From: an uncultured Sphingomonadales bacterium
GTDB lineage: Bacteria; Pseudomonadota; Alphaproteobacteria; Sphingomonadales; CAKZYD01
Length of the DNA stretch: 64,000 bases
Assembly: GCA_964590595.1 (NCBI GenBank)
Contig: CAZPXQ010000002.1
Span: 188,068 to 252,067, forward strand
Reading direction: 5' to 3'
Below are positions 9,493 to 18,761 of the stretch, piece by piece; the first letter of the stretch is position 1; each line of letters opens with the position of its first letter. The position numbers were made by a program, and so were the translations under genes. The notes beneath the pieces were generated by a model that ran no database searches, was not told the DNA's origin, and worked only from the letters and a program-made list of their open reading frames with translations.

Positions 9493-12306
9493 TTACTGGT
9501 CCGCCTTGAGCTGCGCCAGCAGGGCGCGCGCATCCGCCACTTCATCGAATTCCGGATCATCGGCCAATAGGGCCTCCAACTCACGCAAGGCTGCCGCCCG
9601 GCGACCATTGGCATTCAGCGCATAGGCCAGATGGTAACGCACGTCCGGCACATCGACCAATTTGTCTGCGGCCTGCTGGATCAATTGCAGGCCACGCGCC
9701 GGATCATTGCCGTTCTTGACCAGAATCCAGCCATAGGTGTCGGCGATATAGGGTGAGTCCCGATTCAACTCATAAGCCTTGGCAGCGGTCGCCACCATGC
9801 GGCTGTCACCCTTTTTTTGGTAGATGAAAGCCATATTGTTGAGCACCGCCGGATTCTCCTCACCAGCGCCCTGCAACTGCTCGTAAATTTCCAGCGCCCG
9901 GTCATAATTCTTGGCGCTCAAATGGCTGCCGGCCAAGGCCAGTTGCACGGTCACGTCATTGGGATCGGTTGCCAGCCAATCCTCCAACACATTCACCGCC
10001 TTATCATGTGCGCCCAAATTCGAATAGGCCTGGTACAAGCCGATCACGATGCCCTTATTGGATTCAATGGCGCGGGCACGTTCATAGGCTTCGGCCGCCG
10101 CCGCCCAGTTGCGGGCGCCCATCTGCACCCGGCCGATGGCAGCGTCAGCCACATTCATATTAGGAAATTGTTGGCGCAGTTGCCCAGCATAGCTCAAGGC
10201 GGTCTCGAAATTGCCCTGCTCCTGTTCCAGGCTAACCAGGTCCAACAAGATGTCGCCAAGATTGCCTTCCAGGCTCAACGCCCGCCGCAAGGTGGCGCGC
10301 GCCGCCTCGACATCGCCCGAACGCCATTGCGCCTGGGCCAACAGCCGCCGCGCGCCAGGGTTTTCTGGCACCAATGTGATCAGCCGATTGAAGTGGAAAA
10401 TCGCCTCGCCATAATTCTCGGCCAGAGCATAGGTGCGGCCCACGGCTTCCACCGCGGACGCATTGTCGGGAAATTCGCGGCCCAAGCTGGCAGCCTCGGT
10501 CACGGCCCGGTTCTGGTTGCCCAGACCTAAAAACGCGGCGATCAGTTGCAGCCGTGGCTCCAACGCCTCGGGGTCAACCCGCACCGCCTTGCCCAACCAG
10601 TCCACCATGACCTCGGGCTGGCCTTGCAGCCGCGCCAAATCCGCCAGCGCCAGCATCGACTGTACATTGTCGGGATCGCCTTCCAAGACCCGCACATATT
10701 GCCGGCGCGATTCGTCAAGTTGACCAGCCGCGCGATAAAGCTGCGCCAAATTCCGGCGCGCCTCGTGATAGTCGGGATTTTTTTCCAGCGCCAATTTGAA
10801 ATAGCGCTCGGCCTGGGCGACATCGCCTTTGCCCAAATGGGCGGTGCCGATCAAATTATCGGCAATCGGTTGGTCCTTGTATTTTTCCGACAATTTGGTC
10901 GCCGTCGCCAACGCCTTGTCGAATTCGCCGGCCTTGAGGTCGATCAGCGACAACATCACCATCGCCTGCAGGGAATCCGGGTCCATCTTGAGCACGGCTT
11001 CCAGTTCGCGGGATGCCGATTGTGGATCGCCCAGCGCCATTTGGCTGACCGCCAATTGGGTGCGCAAGGCAGCCCGGTCGGGCGACGCCGCGACGGCGTT
11101 TTCAAAATAGGTCATGGCCTCTTGGAAATCACCAAGCTGTACCAGCGCCATGCCGTAAAGCGCCAGCAGGCCGGAGTCCTTCTCGCCCTCGTCGATCATC
11201 GGTTGTAGGGCATCTAAGGCTCCTTGCGGATTGCCCAGCCGCAACAATGTCGCGCCATAGATGCGGCGCGCCATGAAACTGCGGGGCACGGCGGTCACCA
11301 CGCGCTGCAAAAGGCTTTGCGCCTGCTCGAACCGGCCAAGCTGATAAGCGACGATGCCGCGGAATTGCGTGGCCGGCAAATAGCCGTCCAGGGCTCCCTT
11401 GGTCTGGTCCATCAACTCGCTGGCGCCGGCAAAATCGCCTTTGCGGGCCAGCAGCACCGCCGACAGATAATGGGCCAGCGGATGTTCAGGCATACGCTTA
11501 TAGACGAAATCGATCTCCCGCTTTGCTTCGTCATCGCGCAGCATGTCGACCAATGTCGCCGCGCGTTCCAACCGCGCCGCCAAATTTTCCGGTTGCGCCT
11601 CAATCGCCCGGTCGAAATAAGGCAGGGCCGCTTCAAGACCCTCGATATTGCGAGCCAGGTCACCCTTGAGCACCAAGGCACCCGCATGATCGGGGTCGAG
11701 CGCCAATGCCTGATCGATCGAAGCCACGGCGTCGGCGCGCTGGTTCTTGCCGGCATAATAGCGCGACAAGGCGATATGGGCGTTGACGTTGTTGGGATCG
11801 GCCTCGCGCGCCTGCAACAAGATCTCCAACGCCTTGGGATCGTCACCCAAGCCAAGATAAGCCAGGCCGCTGAGTTCCAGCGCCTCCGAGCGTTGACCCG
11901 CCGGCACGCGGGCCAAATCCAGTTCGGTCAAGGCGCGCTGATATTCCTGTTGAAACAGCAGCGCCCGGGCCATGTCGATGCGGGAGTCATCGATCGACAC
12001 ACCAACCCGTCGCGCCGCCTCGATTTCGGTCTGGGCGGCAATGCCCTGGCCTGCCTTTAAGTAAATTCTCGCCAACAACATACGCGCATCGGCATTGTCG
12101 GGATTGGCCTTCAATGCGTTGCGCAATTCGATCTGAGCGGTGCGAAACTCCTCCGCTTCAAATGCCTTCAGCGCCCGCTCGTAATGGGTCTGGGATTCCG
12201 TGACGTCGACCGCCAAAACCGGCGCCGCCGCCCACAACAAGCCCGCCTGCGCCAGGCAAATCGCCGCCACGGTTGATTTGATCCGGCTGCGCCATGTCCC
12301 GTTCAT
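9493..12306 (-). CDS. prsT: PEP-CTERM system TPR-repeat protein
   Basis: The ~940-aa protein is TPR throughout and has an N-terminal signal-like segment. It lies directly downstream of prsK-prsR. I chose the ATG at 12306 (preceded by GAGGGAG); the ORF extends to 12363. Confidence 0.85.
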   Translation of the reverse strand: MNGTWRSRIKSTVAAICLAQAGLLWAAAPVLAVDVTESQTHYERALKAFEAEEFRTAQIELRNALKANPDNADARMLLARIYLKAGQGIAAQTEIEAARRVGVSIDDSRIDMARALLFQQEYQRALTELDLARVPAGQRSEALELSGLAYLGLGDDPKALEILLQAREADPNNVNAHIALSRYYAGKNQRADAVASIDQALALDPDHAGALVLKGDLARNIEGLEAALPYFDRAIEAQPENLAARLERAATLVDMLRDDEAKREIDFVYKRMPEHPLAHYLSAVLLARKGDFAGASELMDQTKGALDGYLPATQFRGIVAYQLGRFEQAQSLLQRVVTAVPRSFMARRIYGATLLRLGNPQGALDALQPMIDEGEKDSGLLALYGMALVQLGDFQEAMTYFENAVAASPDRAALRTQLAVSQMALGDPQSASRELEAVLKMDPDSLQAMVMLSLIDLKAGEFDKALATATKLSEKYKDQPIADNLIGTAHLGKGDVAQAERYFKLALEKNPDYHEARRNLAQLYRAAGQLDESRRQYVRVLEGDPDNVQSMLALADLARLQGQPEVMVDWLGKAVRVDPEALEPRLQLIAAFLGLGNQNRAVTEAASLGREFPDNASAVEAVGRTYALAENYGEAIFHFNRLITLVPENPGARRLLAQAQWRSGDVEAARATLRRALSLEGNLGDILLDLVSLEQEQGNFETALSYAGQLRQQFPNMNVADAAIGRVQMGARNWAAAAEAYERARAIESNKGIVIGLYQAYSNLGAHDKAVNVLEDWLATDPNDVTVQLALAGSHLSAKNYDRALEIYEQLQGAGEENPAVLNNMAFIYQKKGDSRMVATAAKAYELNRDSPYIADTYGWILVKNGNDPARGLQLIQQAADKLVDVPDVRYHLAYALNANGRRAAALRELEALLADDPEFDEVADARALLAQLKADQ

Positions 12307-12400
12307 CGCCAACTCCCTCATGCTGTCATGCGCCATGTTCGTGGGCGCGCCGCTCCAAGCCACCCGGCAAGCCGTGCCAGTCTAGATCTCGATATAATGT

Positions 12401-13786
12401 CTAGGTCTCGATATAATACTGTTTCATTAAATCATATAATGTCGGCCGGCTGACCCCCAACAGTTTCGCCGCCTGGCTGATATTGCCTTGCGCCTGTGCC
12501 ACGGCGCGCGTGATCGCCTTGCGGTCGGCGGCTTCGCGCACCTGTTTCAGATTAAGCGGTTCGCCGGCCTCTTCGGCTTGACCGAAATCAAGATCCTCAA
12601 TGCCAATGCGTCCGCCGTCGCACATGATCACCGCCCGCTTGATGCGATTTTCAAGCTCCCGCACATTGCCCGGCCATGGATGACTGTCGATCGCCGCCAG
12701 GGCTTCATTGCTGAAGCCTTTGACATTACGGCCCAGATCCTTGTTATAGCGGTTGAGAAAGGCATGCGATAACAAGATCGCGTCGCCCTCGCGGTCATGC
12801 AGACTGGGAATGTCGATATTGATTTCAGCCAGCCGGTAATACAAATCCTCGCGGAACTGTCCCGCGCCGATCAATCGCGGCAAGTCTTGATGGGTGGCGC
12901 AGACAATGCGCACATCGACGGGAATTTCCTTGCGGCCGCCAATCCGCTCGATCACCCGTTCCTGCAAAAAGCGCAGCAATTTGACTTGCAACGGCAGCGG
13001 AATGTCGCCGACTTCATCCAGAAACAAGGTGCCGCCCTGGGCCAATTCGATCTTGCCGGGCGTTTGTTTCACCGCTCCGGTAAAAGCACCGCGCTCATGC
13101 CCGAATAATTCGCTTTCCAACAAATTTTCCGGGATGGCCGCGCAATTGATGGCAACAAATGGGCCCTTGGCGCGCCGGCTGGAATCATGCAAGCCGCGCG
13201 CCAGCAATTCCTTGCCGGTGCCACTGGCGCCCAGCAGCATGACCGACACATCGGTTGGCGCCACCCGTTCGACCATTTGGCAAACCTTCAACATCTGCGC
13301 ACTGCCAGTAATCAGATTGGCAAAGGGCGCGGCTTGTTGCGAGGTCGCAAGCCGGCGGTTTTCTTCCTCGATGTCGAACAAATGAAAGGCGCGGGCGACA
13401 ATCAAGCCCAACTCGTCGAAATCGACCGGCTTTTGATAGAAATCATAAGCGCCCATACTGATTGCCCTGAGCGCGCTTTCGCGTTCGCCATGTCCCGACG
13501 CCACGATCACCTTGGTATGCGGCGCCAGGCGCATGATCTCGCCCAAAATCGCGAAGCCTTCGCTAGTGCCGTCAGGATCCGGCGGCAGACCCAGGTCCAG
13601 CGTCACCACTTTCGGCTCCTCGGCCCGCAATGCGGTGAGGGCTTGATCACGGTTCGACGCCGTGACCACGTCATAATCTTCATAGCTCCAGCGCAATTGC
13701 CGTTGCAGCCCTTCGTCGTCTTCCACGACCAGCAATTTTTGCTTGCTATCCGCCGCCGATTTGGCTTGTGCCCTTGTCGCCGCCAT
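12401..13786 (-). CDS. prsR: sigma-54-dependent response regulator (PEP-CTERM-box regulator type)
   Basis: Receiver domain (LLVVEDDEGL...), AAA+ sigma-54 interaction domain (GASGTGKE, ESELFGHERGAFTGA) and a Fis-type HTH at the C-terminus. The start could be 13837 instead. Confidence 0.9.
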   Translation of the reverse strand: MAATRAQAKSAADSKQKLLVVEDDEGLQRQLRWSYEDYDVVTASNRDQALTALRAEEPKVVTLDLGLPPDPDGTSEGFAILGEIMRLAPHTKVIVASGHGERESALRAISMGAYDFYQKPVDFDELGLIVARAFHLFDIEEENRRLATSQQAAPFANLITGSAQMLKVCQMVERVAPTDVSVMLLGASGTGKELLARGLHDSSRRAKGPFVAINCAAIPENLLESELFGHERGAFTGAVKQTPGKIELAQGGTLFLDEVGDIPLPLQVKLLRFLQERVIERIGGRKEIPVDVRIVCATHQDLPRLIGAGQFREDLYYRLAEINIDIPSLHDREGDAILLSHAFLNRYNKDLGRNVKGFSNEALAAIDSHPWPGNVRELENRIKRAVIMCDGGRIGIEDLDFGQAEEAGEPLNLKQVREAADRKAITRAVAQAQGNISQAAKLLGVSRPTLYDLMKQYYIET

Positions 13787-13812
13787 ATCGTCCCGTGCTA
13801 CCCTCGCCCGAT

Positions 13813-15888
13813 TCAAACCGTCGCCTGCGCTTGGCATGGCAACAGCACCGTCATCACCGTGCCTTGACCGACCTGGCTATCGACCCGCAATTTGCCGCCC
13901 AGCGACTTGACCAATTCACGGGCTTCATAGGCCCCGATGCCATAACCCGCCGCCTTGGTCGACCGGAAGGGCCGAAACAGCTCGTTTCGGACAAAATGCT
14001 CCGACATGCCGCAGCCTTGGTCGACGACATCTACCTCTACCCAATCGCCATTGGGCCGCGCTTCGACCGCGATTGGCGCATCGGCCTTGCTGGCGTCGAT
14101 GGCGTTTTGCAGCAAATGAGCGAAAACCTGCTCAAGCCGCTCCCGATCGCCCGCTAGCATAACATCATCACCTTGCCAGGAAAGAGTTAAGCGGTTATGA
14201 GCCGCGCTCTTTTCACGCACCACCGTGTCCAGCAATGGTCGCAGGGCGAAGCGCTCGTCGCGCCTGACCGAGTCGGTTGCCTGTCGCAACTTGGCCAGCA
14301 GATCGTTCATCTTGTCGACCGACGAACGCAAGGTCGCCAGCATGTCGGCGCGGAATTCCGGATTGTCGGCATGCCGCTCGGCATTGCGCACCAGCAACGA
14401 CAATTGGCTGACCAAATTCTTCAGATCATGCATGACAAAGGCAAAACGGCGATTGAATGCCTCGAACTGCCGTGCTTGGCCCAAGGCTTCTTGCGACTGT
14501 TTTTCAGCCAAATAACTGGCCGCTTGCCGGCCGGCAGTGTTCAGCAGGTCATGATCTTCCCAATTCAGCGGCCGCTTAGCGCGCGACTGTTGCAATATCA
14601 GGAACCCGATCAGCCTTTCATGATGCAGCAACGGCACGATCAACCAAGCCTCGGCATCGTCCGCCGCCCAGGCCGGGGCTTCAAGCCCTTCATAACCTTC
14701 AGCGCCCGCCTTTAAGTCGTCCAGATCAATGGTCCATTGTTTCGTGGTTAGGAATTGCGCCAACGGCCCATCCGCCGCCTCGCGTCCGCTTTGGGCGGTG
14801 CGATAATTCCAACGCGCGGCCAGGGCATAATCGTCCTGATCCGCCAGCCACAAGGCGCCGCCGGGACTGTCCACCATTTCGGCCACTGCCTGGATCACGC
14901 GATGATCCAAATCCAGCGCCCCGCTGGTGTCCGACACCGTGCGGATGAAGCGCAGCCAGACCTCGCGATAATCATAGCGATAAGAAAAGAAATGCTTGGC
15001 GAAAAATACCCTGAGTTGGGCCCGCACCCGCCCGGAAAAGGCCAGCACCAGCAAGAGAATCAATGCCGCGACCAGAAACGTAACTTGCAGCAATGTGCCC
15101 CAGTCGCCGCCGAATTCCCGCAAATAATAACCGGCCGCCGCCATCACCATCAGATAAGCGCCCGTGGCCAACAGGCTCAGCGTGTGGAACACGATCCGGC
15201 GCGAGAAATGCAGGTCCAGCTTCCATGACGGATTGCGCGCCGCCGAGGCCGCGACCAAGGGCACCATTAGCGCATTGACCAAGCCGCGGGCACCATACCA
15301 ATCCGCGTTGATGCCGCGAAACAGCAGCGCGTCGGCATAAAGGAAAATGTCATAGACAAAGACCAGGCCGACCCCCAGGCACAAAAGCTGAATGCCCCAG
15401 CGATTGTTTTGCGGCGTTTGGCGATAAAGATTTTCCACCAGCGCCAAGCCGCCAACCGCGCCAGCCATTCGCCCTAGCAGATACAGCAGCACCAGACTGG
15501 GCGAAATTTGTTCCAGGTCGGGGAACCAGCCGAACCAGCTTGCCAGATCGACAATCAGCAACAAGGCAAATACCGCATTGATGCCAACCGCCAATAAAAA
15601 CGCGTAATTGCGTCGTTCCTCCAATCTCCAGATGGTGGCCAGCAGGCTGATCAGAAACGCAACCCATGACCCCGTGCGCAAAGTTTCCAACACCGGCACA
15701 AACGGCGCCGCGGCGGGGAACAGACTGGCCGCCGCCGCCACCGCCAAGGCCCAGGCGAAACTGGTGGCGGCCGCCAATATCAGCCAAAAACCCGGCGTGC
15801 TGCGGCGCCAGACCGACAGCAAAATCACGGTCAGCATGCAAAACGCAAATGCCGCCACGGCATGGCTGACAAACGCAATCTGGCTCAC
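13813..15888 (-). CDS. prsK: PEP-CTERM system sensor histidine kinase
   Basis: 691 aa. It has a large polytopic N-terminal domain, a GAF-like middle region, a HisKA H-box (FVMHDLKN) and a HATPase_c domain (DQGCGM, GYGIG). Confidence 0.88.
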   Translation of the reverse strand: MSQIAFVSHAVAAFAFCMLTVILLSVWRRSTPGFWLILAAATSFAWALAVAAAASLFPAAAPFVPVLETLRTGSWVAFLISLLATIWRLEERRNYAFLLAVGINAVFALLLIVDLASWFGWFPDLEQISPSLVLLYLLGRMAGAVGGLALVENLYRQTPQNNRWGIQLLCLGVGLVFVYDIFLYADALLFRGINADWYGARGLVNALMVPLVAASAARNPSWKLDLHFSRRIVFHTLSLLATGAYLMVMAAAGYYLREFGGDWGTLLQVTFLVAALILLLVLAFSGRVRAQLRVFFAKHFFSYRYDYREVWLRFIRTVSDTSGALDLDHRVIQAVAEMVDSPGGALWLADQDDYALAARWNYRTAQSGREAADGPLAQFLTTKQWTIDLDDLKAGAEGYEGLEAPAWAADDAEAWLIVPLLHHERLIGFLILQQSRAKRPLNWEDHDLLNTAGRQAASYLAEKQSQEALGQARQFEAFNRRFAFVMHDLKNLVSQLSLLVRNAERHADNPEFRADMLATLRSSVDKMNDLLAKLRQATDSVRRDERFALRPLLDTVVREKSAAHNRLTLSWQGDDVMLAGDRERLEQVFAHLLQNAIDASKADAPIAVEARPNGDWVEVDVVDQGCGMSEHFVRNELFRPFRSTKAAGYGIGAYEARELVKSLGGKLRVDSQVGQGTVMTVLLPCQAQATV

Positions 15889-16002
15889 AAAAGCTCCCCC
15901 AGGCGGTCATGCCGCCGCGCCCTGGCCTGATTTTCGGATTTGAAATGTGTTTATGCGGCAACGACAACGGATGACGCGACGTTCAAATCCAACTCAGTCT
16001 TG

Positions 16003-17394
16003 TCAGCGCACGCCGTCTTGCCAAAGCACGACGCGCACGGTCTGAATCAAAATCAGTATATCCAAGAATATCGAATAATTCTTGACGTAGTAGAGGTCAT
16101 ATTCAAGCTTGGCGCGGGCATCCTCAACCGACGCGCCATAGGGATAATTGAGCTGCGCCCAGCCGGTGATCCCCGGCTTAACGCTATGGCGTTCGGCATA
16201 ATAGGGGATTTCCTTGGCCAGATTGTCGACAAAATAGGGTCGCTCCGGACGTGGGCCGACAAAGCTCATATCCCCTTTCAACACATTGAAGATTTGGGGA
16301 ATTTCGTCGATCCGGGTGGACCGCAACACGCGCCCGACCGCGGTCACCCGGTTATCGCCCGCCGCCGCCCAGCGGGGTGTGCCGTCTTTTTCGGCGTCTT
16401 CGCGCATGCTGCGGAATTTCAGCACCTCGAACGCCGCGCCGAACTGACCGACCCGGTCCTGCCGAAAAAACACCGGTCCGGGGCTGGTGACCTTGATGGC
16501 GATCGCCGCGATCACCAGAATCGGAAAGCTAAAAATCAGCAAGGCGGTTGCCGCCCCGACATCGAACAAGCGCTTCAGTACCAGGTTGATGCGGGTGCCG
16601 ACCCGAAAATCATTGGAAAAGATGATGACGCTGGGGCGCAGCGACTCCAAATCCACACGCCCCGTCTCCCGCTCCAGAAAGTCGCTGACCTCGCTGATCT
16701 TCGTGCCCCGCAAGCGGGCCTCCAGCAAGTCCGCGACCGGCAGCGAACCGCGCCGTTCATCCAGCGCCAATACCACTTCGGAAATCGCGTCGGCTTCAAT
16801 CAAGGTCGACAAATTATCGATGCTGGCGCGATCGATCGCTGTTTTAATCGCGGTTTCCGAGGGCTGCATGCGTACATAATCGACGACCGTGAAATCGGCA
16901 TTGTTGTTAGCGCGTTCCAATTCACCCAGCTTGGCGGCGCGGGCGCCGCCGCCCAGCACCAGAATGCGCCGTTTCAATGCTTCATGATTGACCAGGCGCG
17001 AAAACAAAAAGCGCAACACAAACACGCCGACAAAGCCAATCAACAGCGCGTAAAAGGATATACTGCGCCACAGGCTAACATCGGGGAACATGTAAAAAAC
17101 CACGCTCATGCCAATGAACGCGAAGACCCAGGCCGCGATCATTCGCACCAGAGTCATGCGCAGGTCGCGGCAATGCTCAAGCTGGTAAAGCCCGACCGCC
17201 AGCATCGCCACATAGGCCAGCGCGACAAAGGCGATGTCCTCGATCAGGCGCGCCGTTATTGGCCCCGCGGCAATGCCCAACTCGGCAAAACGCAACCGCG
17301 CCGCCAGCTCCACCGCGACGAACAGGACCAAAGCCTCGGCCAGCCCAAGCACCGCCAATGAGCGCGGAACATAATGGCGGAAGATGCGAATCAT
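16003..17394 (-). CDS. exopolysaccharide priming polyprenyl glycosylphosphotransferase (EpsB/WbaP-like bacterial sugar transferase)
   Basis: 463 aa. N-terminal TM helices, then the C-terminal motif run KRLFD...PGPVFFRQDRVG..F.VLKFRSM...DEIPQ..NVLKGDMSFVGPRPE. Confidence 0.9.
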   Translation of the reverse strand: MIRIFRHYVPRSLAVLGLAEALVLFVAVELAARLRFAELGIAAGPITARLIEDIAFVALAYVAMLAVGLYQLEHCRDLRMTLVRMIAAWVFAFIGMSVVFYMFPDVSLWRSISFYALLIGFVGVFVLRFLFSRLVNHEALKRRILVLGGGARAAKLGELERANNNADFTVVDYVRMQPSETAIKTAIDRASIDNLSTLIEADAISEVVLALDERRGSLPVADLLEARLRGTKISEVSDFLERETGRVDLESLRPSVIIFSNDFRVGTRINLVLKRLFDVGAATALLIFSFPILVIAAIAIKVTSPGPVFFRQDRVGQFGAAFEVLKFRSMREDAEKDGTPRWAAAGDNRVTAVGRVLRSTRIDEIPQIFNVLKGDMSFVGPRPERPYFVDNLAKEIPYYAERHSVKPGITGWAQLNYPYGASVEDARAKLEYDLYYVKNYSIFLDILILIQTVRVVLWQDGVR

Positions 17395-17659
17395 TTAACG
17401 TCGCGCCTCATAAAACAATGGTTATAAATATGCGAGCATTGCCGTGCGGGAATAGGTCAACAGTTTTAACGATGTGCAAAGCAATACGGAAAAACCGCCC
17501 GGCATGGCCTTATCCAGGGTCAAGGCCACGACGTTACCCCCACATGTTTCGCCCGACAATTTCGCCTGACATTAACGCGAAAAACAACTTAACCATGGGA
17601 TGTTGACGGAACTACGTTAAAAAAAGGCATCCATATTCTTTGGCCAGGGAAATTCACGG

Positions 17660-18673
17660 ATGACAAGCCCCATTCCCGCTTTCGCCACCGGCTTCGACGG
17701 TAAATTATGGATTCTGTTCGCGGCCATGGCGGTGAATCTGCTGTTTTGGCGCGCCAATGTCCTGGAACGCGCCTTTGCCTCGCCGCTGGCCTTGGGCAGC
17801 CGTATGCTGGACGTATTGGAGCGCCGCTACAACCGTCCGGAACTGAGCGAGCGCGAGCGTCGCCGCGAAGGCATGTCCGTATTTGTGCTGGTGGTCGGCG
17901 CGGCGGCAACGGCGGGCTTTGGTATTTTCTGGATTAGCCAGCAAATTCCCTATGGCTGGTGGCTGCAAGCCTTATGCCTGAGCGTGTTGCTAACCCAGCG
18001 CGAGGGCTTTGACGAAATGCGGGTGCTGTGCCGCAGCTTGCGCCGCAGTACCGCCGAGGCCCGCGCCACTCTGGCGATGATCGACCAAAGCGACGCCACC
18101 AACATGGATGACAGCATGATCGCCCGCACCGGGGTCGAGCATCTGGCGCTGGGGTTCAACCGCGGGGTTATGGCAGTGTTGTTTTACATGCTGCTCGGCG
18201 GCCTGCCCTTGGCGTTCGTGTTCAAGATCATCAACATCGCCGACTGGATGCTGGGCGCGAAAACCCGCGACGCCAGTGGATTCGGGCATATCTTCGCCTT
18301 TTCCAACCGCGTGCTGCTATGGCCACCGGCGGTGTTGTCGACGCTTTGGCTGGCCTTGCTGGCGCCTTTTGCCTGCGGCGCGCGGGCGCTGACATCGCTG
18401 CCCTGGGCGGTGCGCGGCGCCCGCCTTCACCCTTTGTCATTGGACGGCTGGCTGTGGGGCGCATGGGCGGCTGCGGTGGGCGTGCGCCTGGGCGGCCCAC
18501 ATCATTATGACGGCTGGGACCTTGACATACCAAGCATCGGCAATGGCCGCGAGATTGCCGAACATATCGATCTCGACCGCGCCGTCGCGCTTTATATAGT
18601 GATGTGCATTGGCTTGGCCTTGGCGGTTGCCTTGCTCATCAGCTTTCCGCTATGGACCGCGAACGGCGGTTGA
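17660..18673 (+). CDS. CobD/CbiB family membrane protein, divergent
   Basis: 337 aa. Family-like layout with a C-terminal AVGVRLGGPHHYDG motif. Several positions I recall as conserved in canonical CbiB are substituted. Confidence 0.6.
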   Translation: MTSPIPAFATGFDGKLWILFAAMAVNLLFWRANVLERAFASPLALGSRMLDVLERRYNRPELSERERRREGMSVFVLVVGAAATAGFGIFWISQQIPYGWWLQALCLSVLLTQREGFDEMRVLCRSLRRSTAEARATLAMIDQSDATNMDDSMIARTGVEHLALGFNRGVMAVLFYMLLGGLPLAFVFKIINIADWMLGAKTRDASGFGHIFAFSNRVLLWPPAVLSTLWLALLAPFACGARALTSLPWAVRGARLHPLSLDGWLWGAWAAAVGVRLGGPHHYDGWDLDIPSIGNGREIAEHIDLDRAVALYIVMCIGLALAVALLISFPLWTANGG

Positions 18674-18761
18674 AAAAACCGGCCGCCCCAAGCCTTTGGC
18701 AAGGTCGCGTTAGGATATCGCTGATACGGAGGTATCGGACACCGAAACGGGATTGGTTTTG

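Noticed and set aside
12367-12379. Minus-strand TGGCACG-GC-TTGCC upstream of prsT, resembling both sigma-54 promoter elements.
   Set aside because: The spacing is GG-N8-GC instead of the strictly required GG-N10-GC, so it is unlikely to be a functional -24/-12 promoter.
17395-17659. Possible cobalamin riboswitch upstream of the CobD-like gene.
   Set aside because: I could not find a B12-box-like element (GCCACTG core) or the conserved AGGGAA/GGTG pairing pattern by eye. A covariance-model scan would be needed to be definitive.
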